Assembly: GCA_963784835.1 (NCBI GenBank)
Contig: CAWASM010000001.1
Coordinates: 200,926-264,925, forward strand
Reading direction: 5' to 3'
DNA: 64,000 nucleotides
From: an uncultured Actinomycetes bacterium
GTDB lineage: Bacteria; Actinomycetota; Thermoleophilia; RBG-16-64-13
This document shows, piece by piece, positions 29,460-40,237 of the stretch (within the stretch, counting starts at the first letter, position 1; every line of letters starts with the position of its first letter). The notes under the pieces are model-generated. The model did no database searches and was not told the DNA's origin. It worked only from the letters and a program-made list of their open reading frames with translations. Position numbers and translations under genes: made by a program.

Positions 29460-30176
29460 ATGGAGCACTTCAGCTACAGCGTCGCACCCGAGATCTTCGA
29501 GCGTTTCCCAGGCTACGTGCGCGGCGTCGTGATCGCCCATGAAGTCAAGAACGGGCCCTCCCCCGCCGAGTTGGTGCAGATGTTGCGCGAGGCGGAAGCG
29601 TCGGTGCGGGCGCGGGTGAGCATCGAACAGATCGCCGAAGAGCCGCGCATCAAGTCATGGCGCGAGGCCTACCGGGCTTTCGGGGCCAAACCGGCCGAGT
29701 TTCGCTCGTCGGTGGAAGCCATGGCGCGCCGGGCGTTGCGCGGTGACGAACTGCCGGCCATCAACGCCCTGGTCGACATCGGCAACGTCATGTCGCTGCG
29801 CCATCTCATCCCGGCCGGCGGCCATGCTATCGACCTGTTGAAGGGCGACATCGAGCTCCGCTTCGCCGCCGGCGACGAAGAGTTCGTGGCCTTCGGCACC
29901 GAGACCATGGAGCATCCCCTACCGGGCGAGGTGATCTTCGTAGAGGGCGACACCGTCCTCACCCGCCGCTGGACCTGGCGCCAGGGCACTCACACCCTGA
30001 CCCTCCCCGAGACAACGGCCATCGAGTTCAACGTGGATGGTCTGCCTCCGGTCACCCGCACCGACATCGAGGCCGCGTGCGCCGAGGTGGCCGAGCTGAT
30101 AGGGCGCTTCTGCGGAGGCTCCAGCCGTGTCGACTACCTGACCGCCGATAGTCCCCGCATCTCGCTGGCGCCGTAG
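29460..30176 (+). CDS. B3/B4 tRNA-binding-domain protein (COG3382-like)
   Basis: ATG at 29460 within ORF 29217..30176: MEHFSYSVAPEIFERFPGYVRGVVIAHEVKNGP...SWREAYRAFGAKP...LPAINALVDIGN. Confidence 0.6.
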   Translation: MEHFSYSVAPEIFERFPGYVRGVVIAHEVKNGPSPAELVQMLREAEASVRARVSIEQIAEEPRIKSWREAYRAFGAKPAEFRSSVEAMARRALRGDELPAINALVDIGNVMSLRHLIPAGGHAIDLLKGDIELRFAAGDEEFVAFGTETMEHPLPGEVIFVEGDTVLTRRWTWRQGTHTLTLPETTAIEFNVDGLPPVTRTDIEAACAEVAELIGRFCGGSSRVDYLTADSPRISLAP

Positions 30177-30237
30177 CCTGCGATCCGGCTTGCACGCGGC
30201 GGCGGCGCCCGACGCGGTGCCATCGCTCATCGCCTCG

Positions 30238-30504
30238 CTAGGGTCGATAGACGTCGGCCCGATGGTCGATACGGACCACGAGGACGAGTCTTGCTTCCTC
30301 CTCCAGCGCGTAGACCACCCTGTACGCCCCTCGCCGCGCCGACCGGTAGCCAGCCAGTTGCCGGGTGAGAGGCTTGCCGACCCGCGCAGGCTCGTCTAGC
30401 AAAGGTCCGGTCATGAACTCCACGATCGCGGCTGCGACAGCCTCGGGGAGTCGAGCGAGCGACCGGGCCGCACTCGCAGCCACCCGGAGCTCGTACGGCT
30501 TCAT
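30238..30504 (-). CDS. RelE/ParE-family toxin
   Basis: 88 aa ending ...YRSARRGAYRVVYALEEEARLVLVVRIDHRADVYRP; overlaps the upstream antitoxin by 4 nt. Confidence 0.8.
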   Translation of the reverse strand: MKPYELRVAASAARSLARLPEAVAAAIVEFMTGPLLDEPARVGKPLTRQLAGYRSARRGAYRVVYALEEEARLVLVVRIDHRADVYRP

Positions 30505-30779
30505 CTCCCCGGGAAGCGAGCGCGAAGCTCGGCGGCCGTCAGGTAGGCGCCGCCGTCAAGCTCCCGGCGTGCCGCTTGAATCTCCTCGAGGGCTCCGGGA
30601 GTTGCCAACAGGTCGAGGGTCTCCTCGAGAGCTTCGAGGTCGTCTGGACTCATTATGACCGCGGCGGCGCGGCCGTTCCGCGTGAGAACGACGCGATCGT
30701 GCTCGCTCACCACCCCATCGACTATCTCCGAGAGATGAGCCTTGACTCGAGCCAATGGTAGGGTCCTGTCCATGACCAT
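30501..30779 (-). CDS. Phd/YefM-family antitoxin
   Basis: MVMDRTLPLARVKAHLSEIVDGVVSEHDRVVLTRNGRAAAVIMSPDDLEALEETLDLL. Start chosen at an internal Met of ORF 30501..30869. Confidence 0.8.
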   Translation of the reverse strand: MVMDRTLPLARVKAHLSEIVDGVVSEHDRVVLTRNGRAAAVIMSPDDLEALEETLDLLATPGALEEIQAARRELDGGAYLTAAELRARFPGR

Positions 30780-30940
30780 GATTATAGTCACATTCTTTGG
30801 ATTCGGAAGGTCTTCAAGATCTGCAGCCGTCTGGACATCCGCGAGAAGAGTAGCTTCTCCCTTGACCAAAGGTTCTAGGACTCTGGACTGAGTCTGACGC
30901 CAACCCGCGCGACCGAATAACCGGAGATCGCCAGGAGCTC

Positions 30941-30982
30941 GCAGAAGGAAAGACCCCCGGGGCCTTTCAGCGCCCGGGGGTC
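30941..30982 (-). terminator. rho-independent terminator after the thiolase gene
   Basis: 10-bp GC stem (GACCCCCGGG/CCCGGGGGTC), 11-nt loop, then TTTCCTTCT on the minus strand. Confidence 0.6.
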
Positions 30983-31037
30983 GTCGGGTCGATCTGAGAG
31001 GCGGCCGCTAGGCGGCCCGCCTCGGTGGTTCGGCCGG

Positions 31038-32233
31038 CTAGACCGCCTCCACCACGGTGGCGATGCCCTGGCCGCCGGCGATGCAGAGCGTGGCCAAGCC
31101 GTAACGCGTGCCCCGCTTCTTCATCTCGTGCAGCAGGGTCGTGAAGATCCTCGCGCCGGAGCAGCCCAGCGGGTGTCCGAGAGCGATCGCGCCGCCGTTG
31201 ACGTTGATGTCGGCCATGCGGTCGCCATGCCCAGTTCCTTGATCACCGCGAGCGCCTGAGCGGCGAAGGCCTCGTTGAGCTCGATGAGTCCCATGTCGTC
31301 CAAGGTGAGACCGGCGTTGGCCAGCGCCTTGCGGAGGCAGGGGCCGGTCCGATGCCCATGATCTCCGGAGACACGCCCGGCGACGGCCATGCCTCTGATG
31401 ACCACCATGGGCTTGAGGCCTCGCCTGCTCGCCTCCTTCGCCGACATGACCACCGTGCACGCGGCCCCGTCGTTGCGGCCCGGAGGCGTTGCCCGCCGTC
31501 ACCGTGCCGCCGTCTTTGAACACCGGGGACAGCGCCGCCAACCCTTCAAGGGTGCTCCTGCGCGGATGCTCGTCGGTGTCGAAGACCACCGATGGCCTTC
31601 TTCTGCTGATCTCCACCGGCACGATCTCCTCTTTGAAGCGTCCCGACTCGATGGCGGCGAAGGCCCGTTCTGGCTCTCTAGCGAGAAAACATCCTGCTCT
31701 TCGCGGCTGATGCCGTACTGGACCGCCAGGTTCTCGGCGGTCATGCCCATGGTGAGGTTGGCCGTAGACCTCGATGGGCTGCGAGCGCGGTTGGCTCTCG
31801 GTGTTGGAATCGACCAACACCGCGTTGCCGGCCCCGTAGCCGTAGCGAGCGCCTCTCAGATAGTAGGGGGCTTTGCTCATGTTCTCGACGCCGCCCGCCA
31901 GCGACGATGTCGGCCTGGCCGGCCATGATGGCCATGGCGGCGTTGTGGATGGCCTGCAGACCCGAGCCGCATTGCCGCATGACCGTGTAGGCCGGTATCT
32001 CGACGGGCATGCCCGCCTTCAGCATCGCTACGCGAGCCAGGTTGGCGGCATCGGCGCTCTGCTTGGTCTGGCCGAGGATGACCTCGTCCACCGCTTCCGC
32101 TTCCACCTGCGCCTGCTCTGAGCGCCTCGAGGATGACGATCTTGCCCAGATCCTCGGGCTCCACGTCTTTGAGCCCTCCGCCGAGCCTGCCTACCGCCGT
32201 TCTGACGGCACTGACGATGACGACTTCTTCCAT
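31038..32233 (-). CDS. acetyl-CoA C-acetyltransferase (thiolase), at least four frame breaks
   Basis: Pieces in ORFs 31877..32233, 31741..32106, 31038..31880, 31499..31750 and 31121..31453 assemble to [16 protein letters not shown]...[10 protein letters not shown]...NEAFAAQ...[20 protein letters not shown]...[13 protein letters not shown]. Confidence 0.85.
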
Positions 32234-32285
32234 TCAGGCCTTTCCCAGTCTTTCGTTCGCTGCCAGGGATGCGACTGCTCTGAGT

Positions 32286-33106
32286 CTAGAACGGCTCCAG
32301 CATGATCTCGCCCAGGTCGACGTCGGTCTGCGTGTAGACCTCGAGTCACCATGGAAGCATAGCCGTCCAACTCGATGCCCACCCGGTAGTCGGTGTTCTT
32401 CTCCAGCCCTTCGAACTCGAAGTCGCCGTAGCTGTCGGAGAGGGTCTCGACCGTTCGACCCCCGCCCTCCAGCGTGATCTTCACCCCCTCGGCGCACTCG
32501 CCCGGGACGTCCCGCCGCACCACTTCCCCCACGACGAAGCTTCTTGGGCAGGCCGACGTACTTGACAGTGGGCGAATACCGTATTCGGGATGATAGGCCT
32601 CGGTCTTGAGAGCGGCCGCGGCCTTGGCGATCTCACTGTCGGCATCGTCCAGGTCGCCGAAGACCAGTGCCCCGGTCGGGCAGGCCTCCACGCAGCGGGG
32701 CTCCTTGCCTCGCCTTCGTCCAGCCGATGGGCGCACAGGGTGCACTTCTGCGGGATATCAGCTCGGCGTTCCAGAAGATCACCCGGTATGGGCAGGCGTT
32801 GACAATGGCCTTCTGTCCCTTGGCCTTTGTGGGATCGATGATCACGATGCCGTCGTCGCGACGGTAAACGGCCCCGTCGGCCGCCGCGTCGATGCAGGGG
32901 GCCTTCTCGCAGTGCATGCAGGGGAGCGGGATGTAGTCGAGCTTGGGCTTGGGATAGCTGCCCCGCTCGACCTCCTTGATCTGCATCCAGAACTGGCCGT
33001 CCAGCGGCTGCGGAGCCGAATAGGGGCCGTAGTCGTTGCCGAAGTACTCATCGCGGCAGGCCAGGAAGCAGTTGTGGCAGCCGCTGCACTTGGTCACGTC
33101 GATCAA
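32286..33106 (-). CDS. BthL-like 4Fe-4S beta subunit of a pyrogallol-transhydroxylase-family enzyme (copy 2; at least two frame breaks)
   Basis: (M)IDVTKCSGCHNCFLACRDEY...PCMHCEKAPC...ACPYRVIFWN...CVEACPTGALVFGD, plus a C-terminal Ig-like domain (GDFEFEGLEKNTDYRVGIELDGY...VYTQTDVDLGEIMLEPF). Confidence 0.8.
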
Positions 33107-33129
33107 GCATGCTCAGGCGCGCCATCTGT

Positions 33130-35668
33130 CTAGCCCTCCCATCTTTCGATCTCGATGAGGCAGGAATTGGGCGTCATGCCCGGCGCGTTCTTGGACATCA
33201 TGCGCGAAGGTGTCAGCATGGCGACGCACCCACCCCTGTCGATGGAGTCCGGCCTCGCCCGGCTTCAACGGATCGTACTTGGCCGAGGAGGCGTAGCTGT
33301 GGATGACGCCGGGCCGGACGCGCCCGGTGACCACGGCGATGCAGAGCACCGAGGCCCGGTCGTTGTAGAGCCGCACGATGTCGTGGTTGTTGATGCCCCG
33401 CTCGGCGGCGTCCTCGGGGTTGATGCGCGCCGGCCACCACGCATGGCCGTCCTTCTTGATGCGGTGCATCGGGGATGTCGTTGAGCCAGTCGGTGTGCTT
33501 GTCGTAGTGGCAGTGGAAGCTGAAGCGCGGATGGGGCGAGAGCAGCTGCAGCGGGTACTTCTGTACAGCCCGGGAGTGAGGTAGCCCTCCCAGCTGGGGA
33601 TGTAGCGCGGCACCACCGGCCGCTCTTCGTCATCGGGGAAGTACTGCTTCAGGCTCTCGGACGACGAACTCGATTTTGCCGCTGAAGGTGCCCAGTTCCC
33701 GCGCCTTGTCGGTAAGCCGCTTGGGGTTGCCTGAGGTCGGGGGTGTCGCACGCACGGCCCTCGTAGAACCAGCGCAGGCCCGGGGTGGGCTTGTAGTCGT
33801 CGTTGATGTTGATGATGTGGTAGCCCTTGCGGTTGAACTCCTCCCAGCTGATCGTCCTTGGGCAGGTCGGAGACGTCGAAGAAGGCCTTGACCCAGTCCA
33901 CCTCGGTCTTGCCGTCGGTGAACTCGTCGCTGCAGGCCCATCTTCTCGAAGATGCAGCGCGAAGATCTCGTAGTCGGACTTCGATTCCCACAGGGGCTCG
34001 ATGCACTTCTGCTCGCGCACCACGACCCGGTAGTTGCAGCCCGCTGCTGGCGTGCCACGGTGTAGCCGTTGACGGCGGCCCATTCGCCCATGTCGTCGCG
34101 CTCGAAGTTGGTGCAGGCCGGCAGGATGACATCGGCCATGCGGGTCTCGCTGTTGTACCAGACGTCCTGGTTGACCACGAACTCCAGCTTGGGGCTCTGG
34201 TACATGCGCACCCATTTGGTGGTGTCGCTCATGGTGCCCATGAAGGACCCGCCGTAGCGGTACCACAGCTTGATCTCGGAGTAACCCTCCATCGGATAGG
34301 TCGAAATGGGTGAACTGCTGCTCCAGGGACTCTGGCCGCAGAAGCCTTCGCCGTACCAGCTCACCGGCGGGTCGAGGATGGCGTCGGGCACGGTGAGGCG
34401 CCACAGCCGTTGCTTGGTTGGGTTGACGGGGATGTAGTCGCCGGCCAAGGTGGAGGTGAGACATCGGCCACTCGGCTCGCCGTAGCCCGGCACCCAGATG
34501 AGTGGTGTCGGACGGCGCGCCCATGGTGGTGCCCCAGATGCTGCGGCCCGGAGCGCCCAGACCCTGCATGGCCTGCAACAGCACCATCATGCGGGCCCAC
34601 TCGGTGCCGTAGGCCTGGCGACAGGCGCCGCCTTCGCCGCCGCGCGACCCGCCGGAGAGGATGGTGCGCTTGGCGGCCCATTCCCGCGCCAGCGTGCGGA
34701 TGACCCGGGCCTCGACGCCCGACTCCTCGGCCGCCCACTCCGGGGTCTTGGGCTGGCCGTCGGTCTCGCCCAGGATGTACTCCTTGAACTCGTCGAAGCC
34801 GATGGTGCGGTCGCGCGACGTAGTCCTTGTCGTAGGTGTCTTCGGTGATCCACACGTAGGCGATGGCCATGGCCACGGCCGCGTCGGTGCCCTGCCGCGG
34901 GGCGATCCACTTGCCCCCCATCACCGCGTTGGTGTAGTTGTGGAAGGGGTCGATGAAGACCATCTTGACGCCCTTCTCCTTGAGCCACTGCCGCCAGAGG
35001 GCCGAATCCTGGCCGGAGTAGGTGCCGCGGGTGGTGTCCGGGTCGTTGGACCAGTAGACGATCATCTCCGCGTTCTGCAGGGCGTCCTCCAACATGTCGT
35101 ACGGCTCGGGCATGCCCAGCCGCCAGTAGAAGCCATAGCTGTGGGTCGCGCCCCAGTGCCAGCCTTCCCAGCTATCGGGATTGTCCAGCACCGGGGTGCC
35201 TTCGACCATGTTCATGAAGCGGGCGAAGGGCCCCATCTTGTAGCCCACGATGCCCCAGTTGTGATGCGAGGAGGTCAGACCGCTGATGGCCGACCCGCCG
35301 TAGGTCTCCTTGACCCGCTTGATCTCGCCGGCGACCAGAGTCGAGTGCCTCGTCCCAGGAGATGCGCTCATAGGGCGACTTGCCCCGGTTCTGCGGGTTG
35401 CGCTCGCCGTTGGGATCGAAGTCCGACCCGCTTCATGGGGTACTTGATGCGCTCATCGGAATAGATGCGACGGCGTTCCGCGTGCACGTAAGGTGAGAGA
35501 GTGACTTTCTTGGGCGGCGAGTACTTCTTGCCGCCGGCCTCGATGACCCAGGGCTTGTAGTCATCCGGCGTCGACGACCAGCGGGCGGATCCGGGTGATC
35601 TTGCCGTCCTTCACATAGACGGAGACGGGCCCGCTATTGGTGCAGTTAGTGAACACCTTTTCAGCCAT
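33130..35668 (-). CDS. AthL-like molybdopterin (bis-MGD) large subunit, pyrogallol hydroxytransferase family (copy 2; many frame breaks)
   Basis: Hand-assembled: MAEKVFTNCTNSGPVSVYVKDGKITRIRPL...YPMKR.DFDPNGERNPQNRGKSPYERISWDEAL...NPDSWEGWHWGATH...ILPACTNFERDDMGEW...LLSPHPRFSFHCHYD...LIEIERWEG. No N-terminal Cys cluster and no Tat motif, as in Pelobacter AthL (recalled from memory). Confidence 0.8.
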
Positions 35669-35713
35669 CGATCATCGGCTCCCGGACTAGAGAAGGGGCG
35701 GACGTTTGCGGGC

Positions 35714-35755
35714 TAATCGAAATCTCGATATTGTTAGCTAATACTGCTAATATCG
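35714..35755. promoter_or_regulatory. AT-rich operator-like repeats in the divergent promoter between the copy-2 Mo enzyme and the IclR gene
   Basis: AATCGAAATCTCGATATTGTTAGCTAATACTGCTAATATCG. GATATTGT-N4-TAATA also occurs at 49087-49104. Half-sites GATATT/AATATC are inverted repeats. Confidence 0.4.
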
Positions 35756-35827
35756 TAGAGTAGCTAGGGGTGATTTGCAAGCAGTGCAGGTGCGTTACAG
35801 ACCCGCGAACAGCGGCCCGGGGGAGCT

Positions 35828-36639
35828 ATGGCCACGAAGACAGCACCGCGAGACACCGATGCCTTTCAAGTGAGAGCGCTGACGCGGGGCCTCGCGATCC
35901 TGTGCCTGTTCGACGTCGACCATCGGGAGTGGACCATCGACGAGATGGCCGAGCAGACCGGCCTGGTCCGCATGACCGTCTATCGCATGGCGCGCACGCT
36001 CGGAGTCCATGGCGTTTCTGGTGCGCGATACTTCGCACCAATCGTTACCGGTTGGGGCCGGCGACCATCGCCATGCGCTATGTGTCAGACGACCAATCGG
36101 GTTTCGTCAACGCTGCCCGGCCTTTCCTGGAAGCCCTGGTGCGAGAGACCGGCGAGTCGGTCACCCTGGCCGTGGAGGTCGACGGCTATCCCGGTATGCG
36201 TGGACATCCTCAACACCACCCGCCCCTTCAAGCGCAGGACCGCCCCTGGCCGGATCTTGGGCGACGTCGGGCACCGTCCACGGCAAGATCTTCGCCGCGT
36301 TCAAGTCGCCTGAGGGGCGCCAGGCCATCCTGGCCGAACCCCTATTGCCGAGGACATCGGACACCCCACACCGATCAGGGAATCCGGTGGTGGCCGGAAC
36401 TGGACGAGCGTGGCCCGCGAGGGCGTGGCCTACGACATCGAGGGCACTACGTAGGGCACCTGCGCGGTGGGGCCCCCGTGCGCGACCAGTTCGGCGCCGT
36501 CGTAGCGGCGATCTCGGTGGTCATGCCCACCGGGCGTTTCGGGCCGGACGAAAGAGCCCTGTGCACCCAAGCGGTCAAGAAGGCCGCCACGTCGTTCTCA
36601 GCCTACCTGGGCTGGACTCCTGGAAGGTCCGCCACCTAG
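35828..36639 (+). CDS. IclR-family transcriptional regulator (several frame breaks)
   Basis: MATKTAPRDTDAFQVRALTRGLAILCLFDVDHREWTIDEMAEQTGLVRMTVYRMARTL..., then pieces in ORFs 36009..36683 and 35770..36639 (...GTCAVGAPVRDQFGAVVAAISVVMPTGRFGPDE...). Confidence 0.8.
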
Positions 36640-36747
36640 TCCTCTTCGAAACCACCATTGACTGGGACTATGTACAAAGGTAGAGTCGTTAGGCCAAGCG
36701 CTTTGTGAGGTCGCAGATGACCCCCTCCCCGAAAGGACCGGATTGCG

Positions 36748-39382
36748 ATGGCAGAAGAGAACCGCAAGAAGGTCGACGTCAGCGTCGACAAGGTCACGAT
36801 CAAGAACCTGGCCATGGGCGGGCTGCTGGGGGGCGGCGGAGAGTGCTTCGTCGATGTCAAGGACGGTAAGGCCGTCACGGATCAGACCGTACAAGTACGA
36901 CTGGAAGTAGGACTTCGAACAGCTCAACCCCTGGACTATCGAGCGCAACGGCGAGACGCTGAGGCCCGCTGACGAAAGCCCTTCCCGCGCCGTTCTCCCT
37001 CGCCTACAAGAAGAGGACCTTTTCGCCCAACCGGATGAAGTTCCCCATGGTCCGCGTCGACTGGGACCCCGACGGCGAGCGCAACCCCCAGAACCGCGGC
37101 AAGAGCAAGTACAGGCGCATCTCCTGGGACGAGGCGACCGACATCATCGCCGCCGAGATCAGGCGCATCCACAAGGAATACGGCCCGCTCGCCATCCTCG
37201 CCCAGGGCGACGGCCACGGCGAGTACAAGACCATCCACACCCCCCACGGCCACCAGGCCCGGCTGCTCGACATGATGGGTGGCTTCACCCAGCAGGTCCG
37301 CAACCCGGACAGTTGGGAAGGCTGGTACTGGGGAGCCAAGCACGTGTGGGGCCAGGGCTTCCAGGGCATGATGTCGCCGGCGGCCAACCTCATCAAGGAC
37401 ATCTCCGAGAACAGCGACATGGTGCTCAAGTGGGGCTGCGACGAAGAGACCACCCCCTGGGGCTTCACCGGGCAGTACGCCAGCCGCATCTGCCAGTTCT
37501 GGACGCGAGCGGGCATCAAGCAGGTGTACATCTGCCCCGACCTCAACTACGCCGCCGCCGTCCACGCCGACAAGTGGATCCCCGTGCTTCCCAACACCGA
37601 CGCCGCCCTGCAGCTGGCCATCATCTATGTGTGGCTGACCGAGGGCACCTGGGACAAGGACTACGTCGCGACCCACGCCGTGGGCATGGACAAGGTGGCC
37701 GACTACGTGCTGGGCAAGGACGAGGACGGCATACCGAAGACCCCCGAGTGGGCCTCGAAGAAGTGCGGCGTGCCCGAGTGGACCATCAAGGCGCTGGCCC
37801 GGGAGTTCGCCAAGAACACCACCTCGATCATCCACTACTTCGGCGGCTCGGCCTTCCGCGGCCCCTACTCGCACGAACCCGGCCGGCTGGAATGCGTCCT
37901 CCTGGGCATGCAGGGCCTTGGCGGGCCGGGCGTGCATCAGTGCCAGATGACCTACTTCGGCATGCCCCGGGCCGAGGGCCTGGGGAGCGTCCGCTTCTTC
38001 AACCCCGACGCTGACCGAGCGCCTGAGCAAGCCCTGCTGGACCACGGTCCACGCCTGGGGCCCGCAACTCATCCCCAAGACCCTCATCCAGGACGCCATC
38101 CTGAAGCCGCCGCTCGCCTTCAACGGCAGCGGCGGCCAGGAGTGCCAGACCGAGGAGCAGTTCGTCCAATACACCTATCCCATCGCGAAGGAGAAGGGCG
38201 GCGTGCCCATCCACATGATGTGGACCGACACCCCCTGCCGCATCACCTGCTGGAACCACGGCAACTGGACCATCGAGGCCATGCAGGACCCGAACATCGA
38301 GTGCGTCGTGGCTCAGCACCCCTGGCTGGAGAACGACTGCCTCTACGCCGACATCGATCCTGCCGGCCAACACCACCCTCGAAGTCGAGGACATCGTCAC
38401 CACCACCCGGCAGGGACCGCACTTCCCGAGCGTCTCCATCCAGGAGCAGGCCATCCTGCCCCTCGGCGAGTCGAAGAGCGACTACGAGATCGTGGCCGCG
38501 ATCGCCGAGAAGCTGGGCTATGGCGACGCAGTTCACCGGCGGCATGACCACCAAGGACCTGCAGAAGCTCGTCTTCGACGCCATGAAGATGGACAAGCTC
38601 ACCACCTGGGAGGACTTCTACGAGAAGAAGACCTACGTGTACTCCACCGCGCCACGACTGGGAGCAGGACCCGCCCGGCTTCCGCAAGTTCTACGAGGAT
38701 CCCAAGGCCAACCCGCTCCCGACCCCCAGCGGCCTGCTGGAGTTCTACTCCGCAGCGGCTGGCCGAGCACTTCCCCGACGACAAGGAGCGGCCGCCGTTC
38801 CCGAAGTGGGTGCCGAAGGGCATCACTCACGACGAGGACCTCTCCAGCGAGCGCGCCGACATGTTCCCGCTGCTGCTCATGTCCAACCACCCCCGCTGGC
38901 GCACGCACGCCCAGGGCGACGACATCAGCTGGACCCGCGAGACCCCCACCGGCAAGGTGCTGGGCTTCGACGGCTACAGGTACGAGCCCATCTGGATCAA
39001 CCCGGCCGACGCCGAAGCCCGCGGCATCAAGGACGGCGACGTAGTCAAGATCTTCAACGAGCGCGGCATCGTGCTCGTGGGCGCCCGGGTGTGGGAGCGC
39101 ATCAGGCCCGGCGTGGTGTACGTGGACCACGGTGCGCGGCACGACCCGCTGGTGCCCGGCAAGGTGGACCGCGGCGGGGCCATCAACACCATCGCTCCCA
39201 ACGGGCTCACCTCCAAGAACTGCTGCGGCCAGGCCACCAGCGGCTACCTGGTCGACGTGCAGAAGGTCAAGAACGAGGAATGGGAGAAATGGCGCAGGGA
39301 CCATCCCGAGGCCTTTGCCAGGAAGTACGACCAGGGTGCCGGGTTGCGCTTCGACGCCTGGATAGAGGGAGGCGACAAATGA
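36748..39382 (+). CDS. AthL-like molybdopterin large subunit, pyrogallol hydroxytransferase family (copy 1; several frame breaks)
   Basis: About 878 codons. MAEENRKKVDVSVDKVTIKN...FVDVKDGKAV.., MKFPMVRVDWDPDGERNPQNRGKSKYRRISWDEATDII..., NPDSWEGWYWGAKH, ...PTPSGLLEFYS...LLMSNHPRWRTHAQGDD...NPADAEARGIKDGDVVKIFNERG. Confidence 0.85.
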
Positions 39383-40207
39383 AGGTGTTCGTCATCGACG
39401 TCGGGCTGTGCGTGGGCTGCTACGCCTGCCAGTTCGTCTGCAAAGACGAGCACGTCGGCAACGACTGGTCGCCCATCGCCAAGCCCCAGCCCGACACCGG
39501 CCAGTTCTGGATGAGGCTGGACGAGCACATCCGCGGCACCGTGCCCAAGGTCGAGATGCACTACGTGCCCAACCCGTGCATGCACTGCGACGAGCCGCCC
39601 TGCATCCCGCCCTGCCCCATCGAAGGCGCCATCTACAAGCGCGAAGACGGCCTGGTGATCATCGACTCGGTGAAGTGCACCGGCTGCGGGCGCTGCGTGG
39701 ACGTGTGCCCCTACGAGGCCATCTACTTCAACGACGACCTCAACCTGGCGCAGAAATGCACCGGCTGCGCCCACCTGCTGGACGGGGGCGAGTGGAAGAT
39801 CCCCCGCTGCGCCGACGCCTGCCCCACCGAAGCCATCAAGTTCGGTGAGGAGAGCGAGTTCGCGGCCGAGATCGCCAGAGCCGAGGTGCTGAGACCCGAG
39901 CTGGGCCACAAGCCGCGCGTCTACTACCTGAACATCCCCAAGAAGTTCATCGGCGGGACGGTCTACGACCCCATCGACAAAGAGGTGGTCGTCGGAGCCA
40001 CGTGCACCCTCGCCGGTGCGGACGGCAAGAAGCTGACGGCGACCACCGACGGCTTCGGCGACTTCTGGTTCCGCGGCCTGGCCGACGGCGCCACGCTACA
40101 AGCTGACCATCGCGGCCAAGGGCTTCAAGGACAAGACGTTCGACGCCATCAGCACCGAGAAGGACGTCAACCTGGGAGACATACCCTGGCTAGCCCTGGC
40201 GAAGTAG
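39379..40207 (+). CDS. BthL-like 4Fe-4S beta subunit (copy 1; one extra base near 40090)
   Basis: ATGA overlap with the alpha stop. MKVFVIDVGLCVGCYACQFVCKDEH...PCMHCDEPPC...KCTGCGRCVDVCPYEAIYFN...KCTGCAHLLD...RPELGHKPRVYYLN. Ig-like tail TDGFGDFWFRGLADGATYKLTIAAKGFKDKTF... Confidence 0.85.
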
Positions 40208-40237
40208 CACCGACCAAGCGGGTCCGCCAGCTGCGCG

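Noticed and set aside
36936-38174. 412-aa minus-strand ORF (also 38633..39304 and 39244..39909)
   Set aside because: Antisense to the copy-1 AthL/BthL-like genes, whose sense frames carry strong family motifs.
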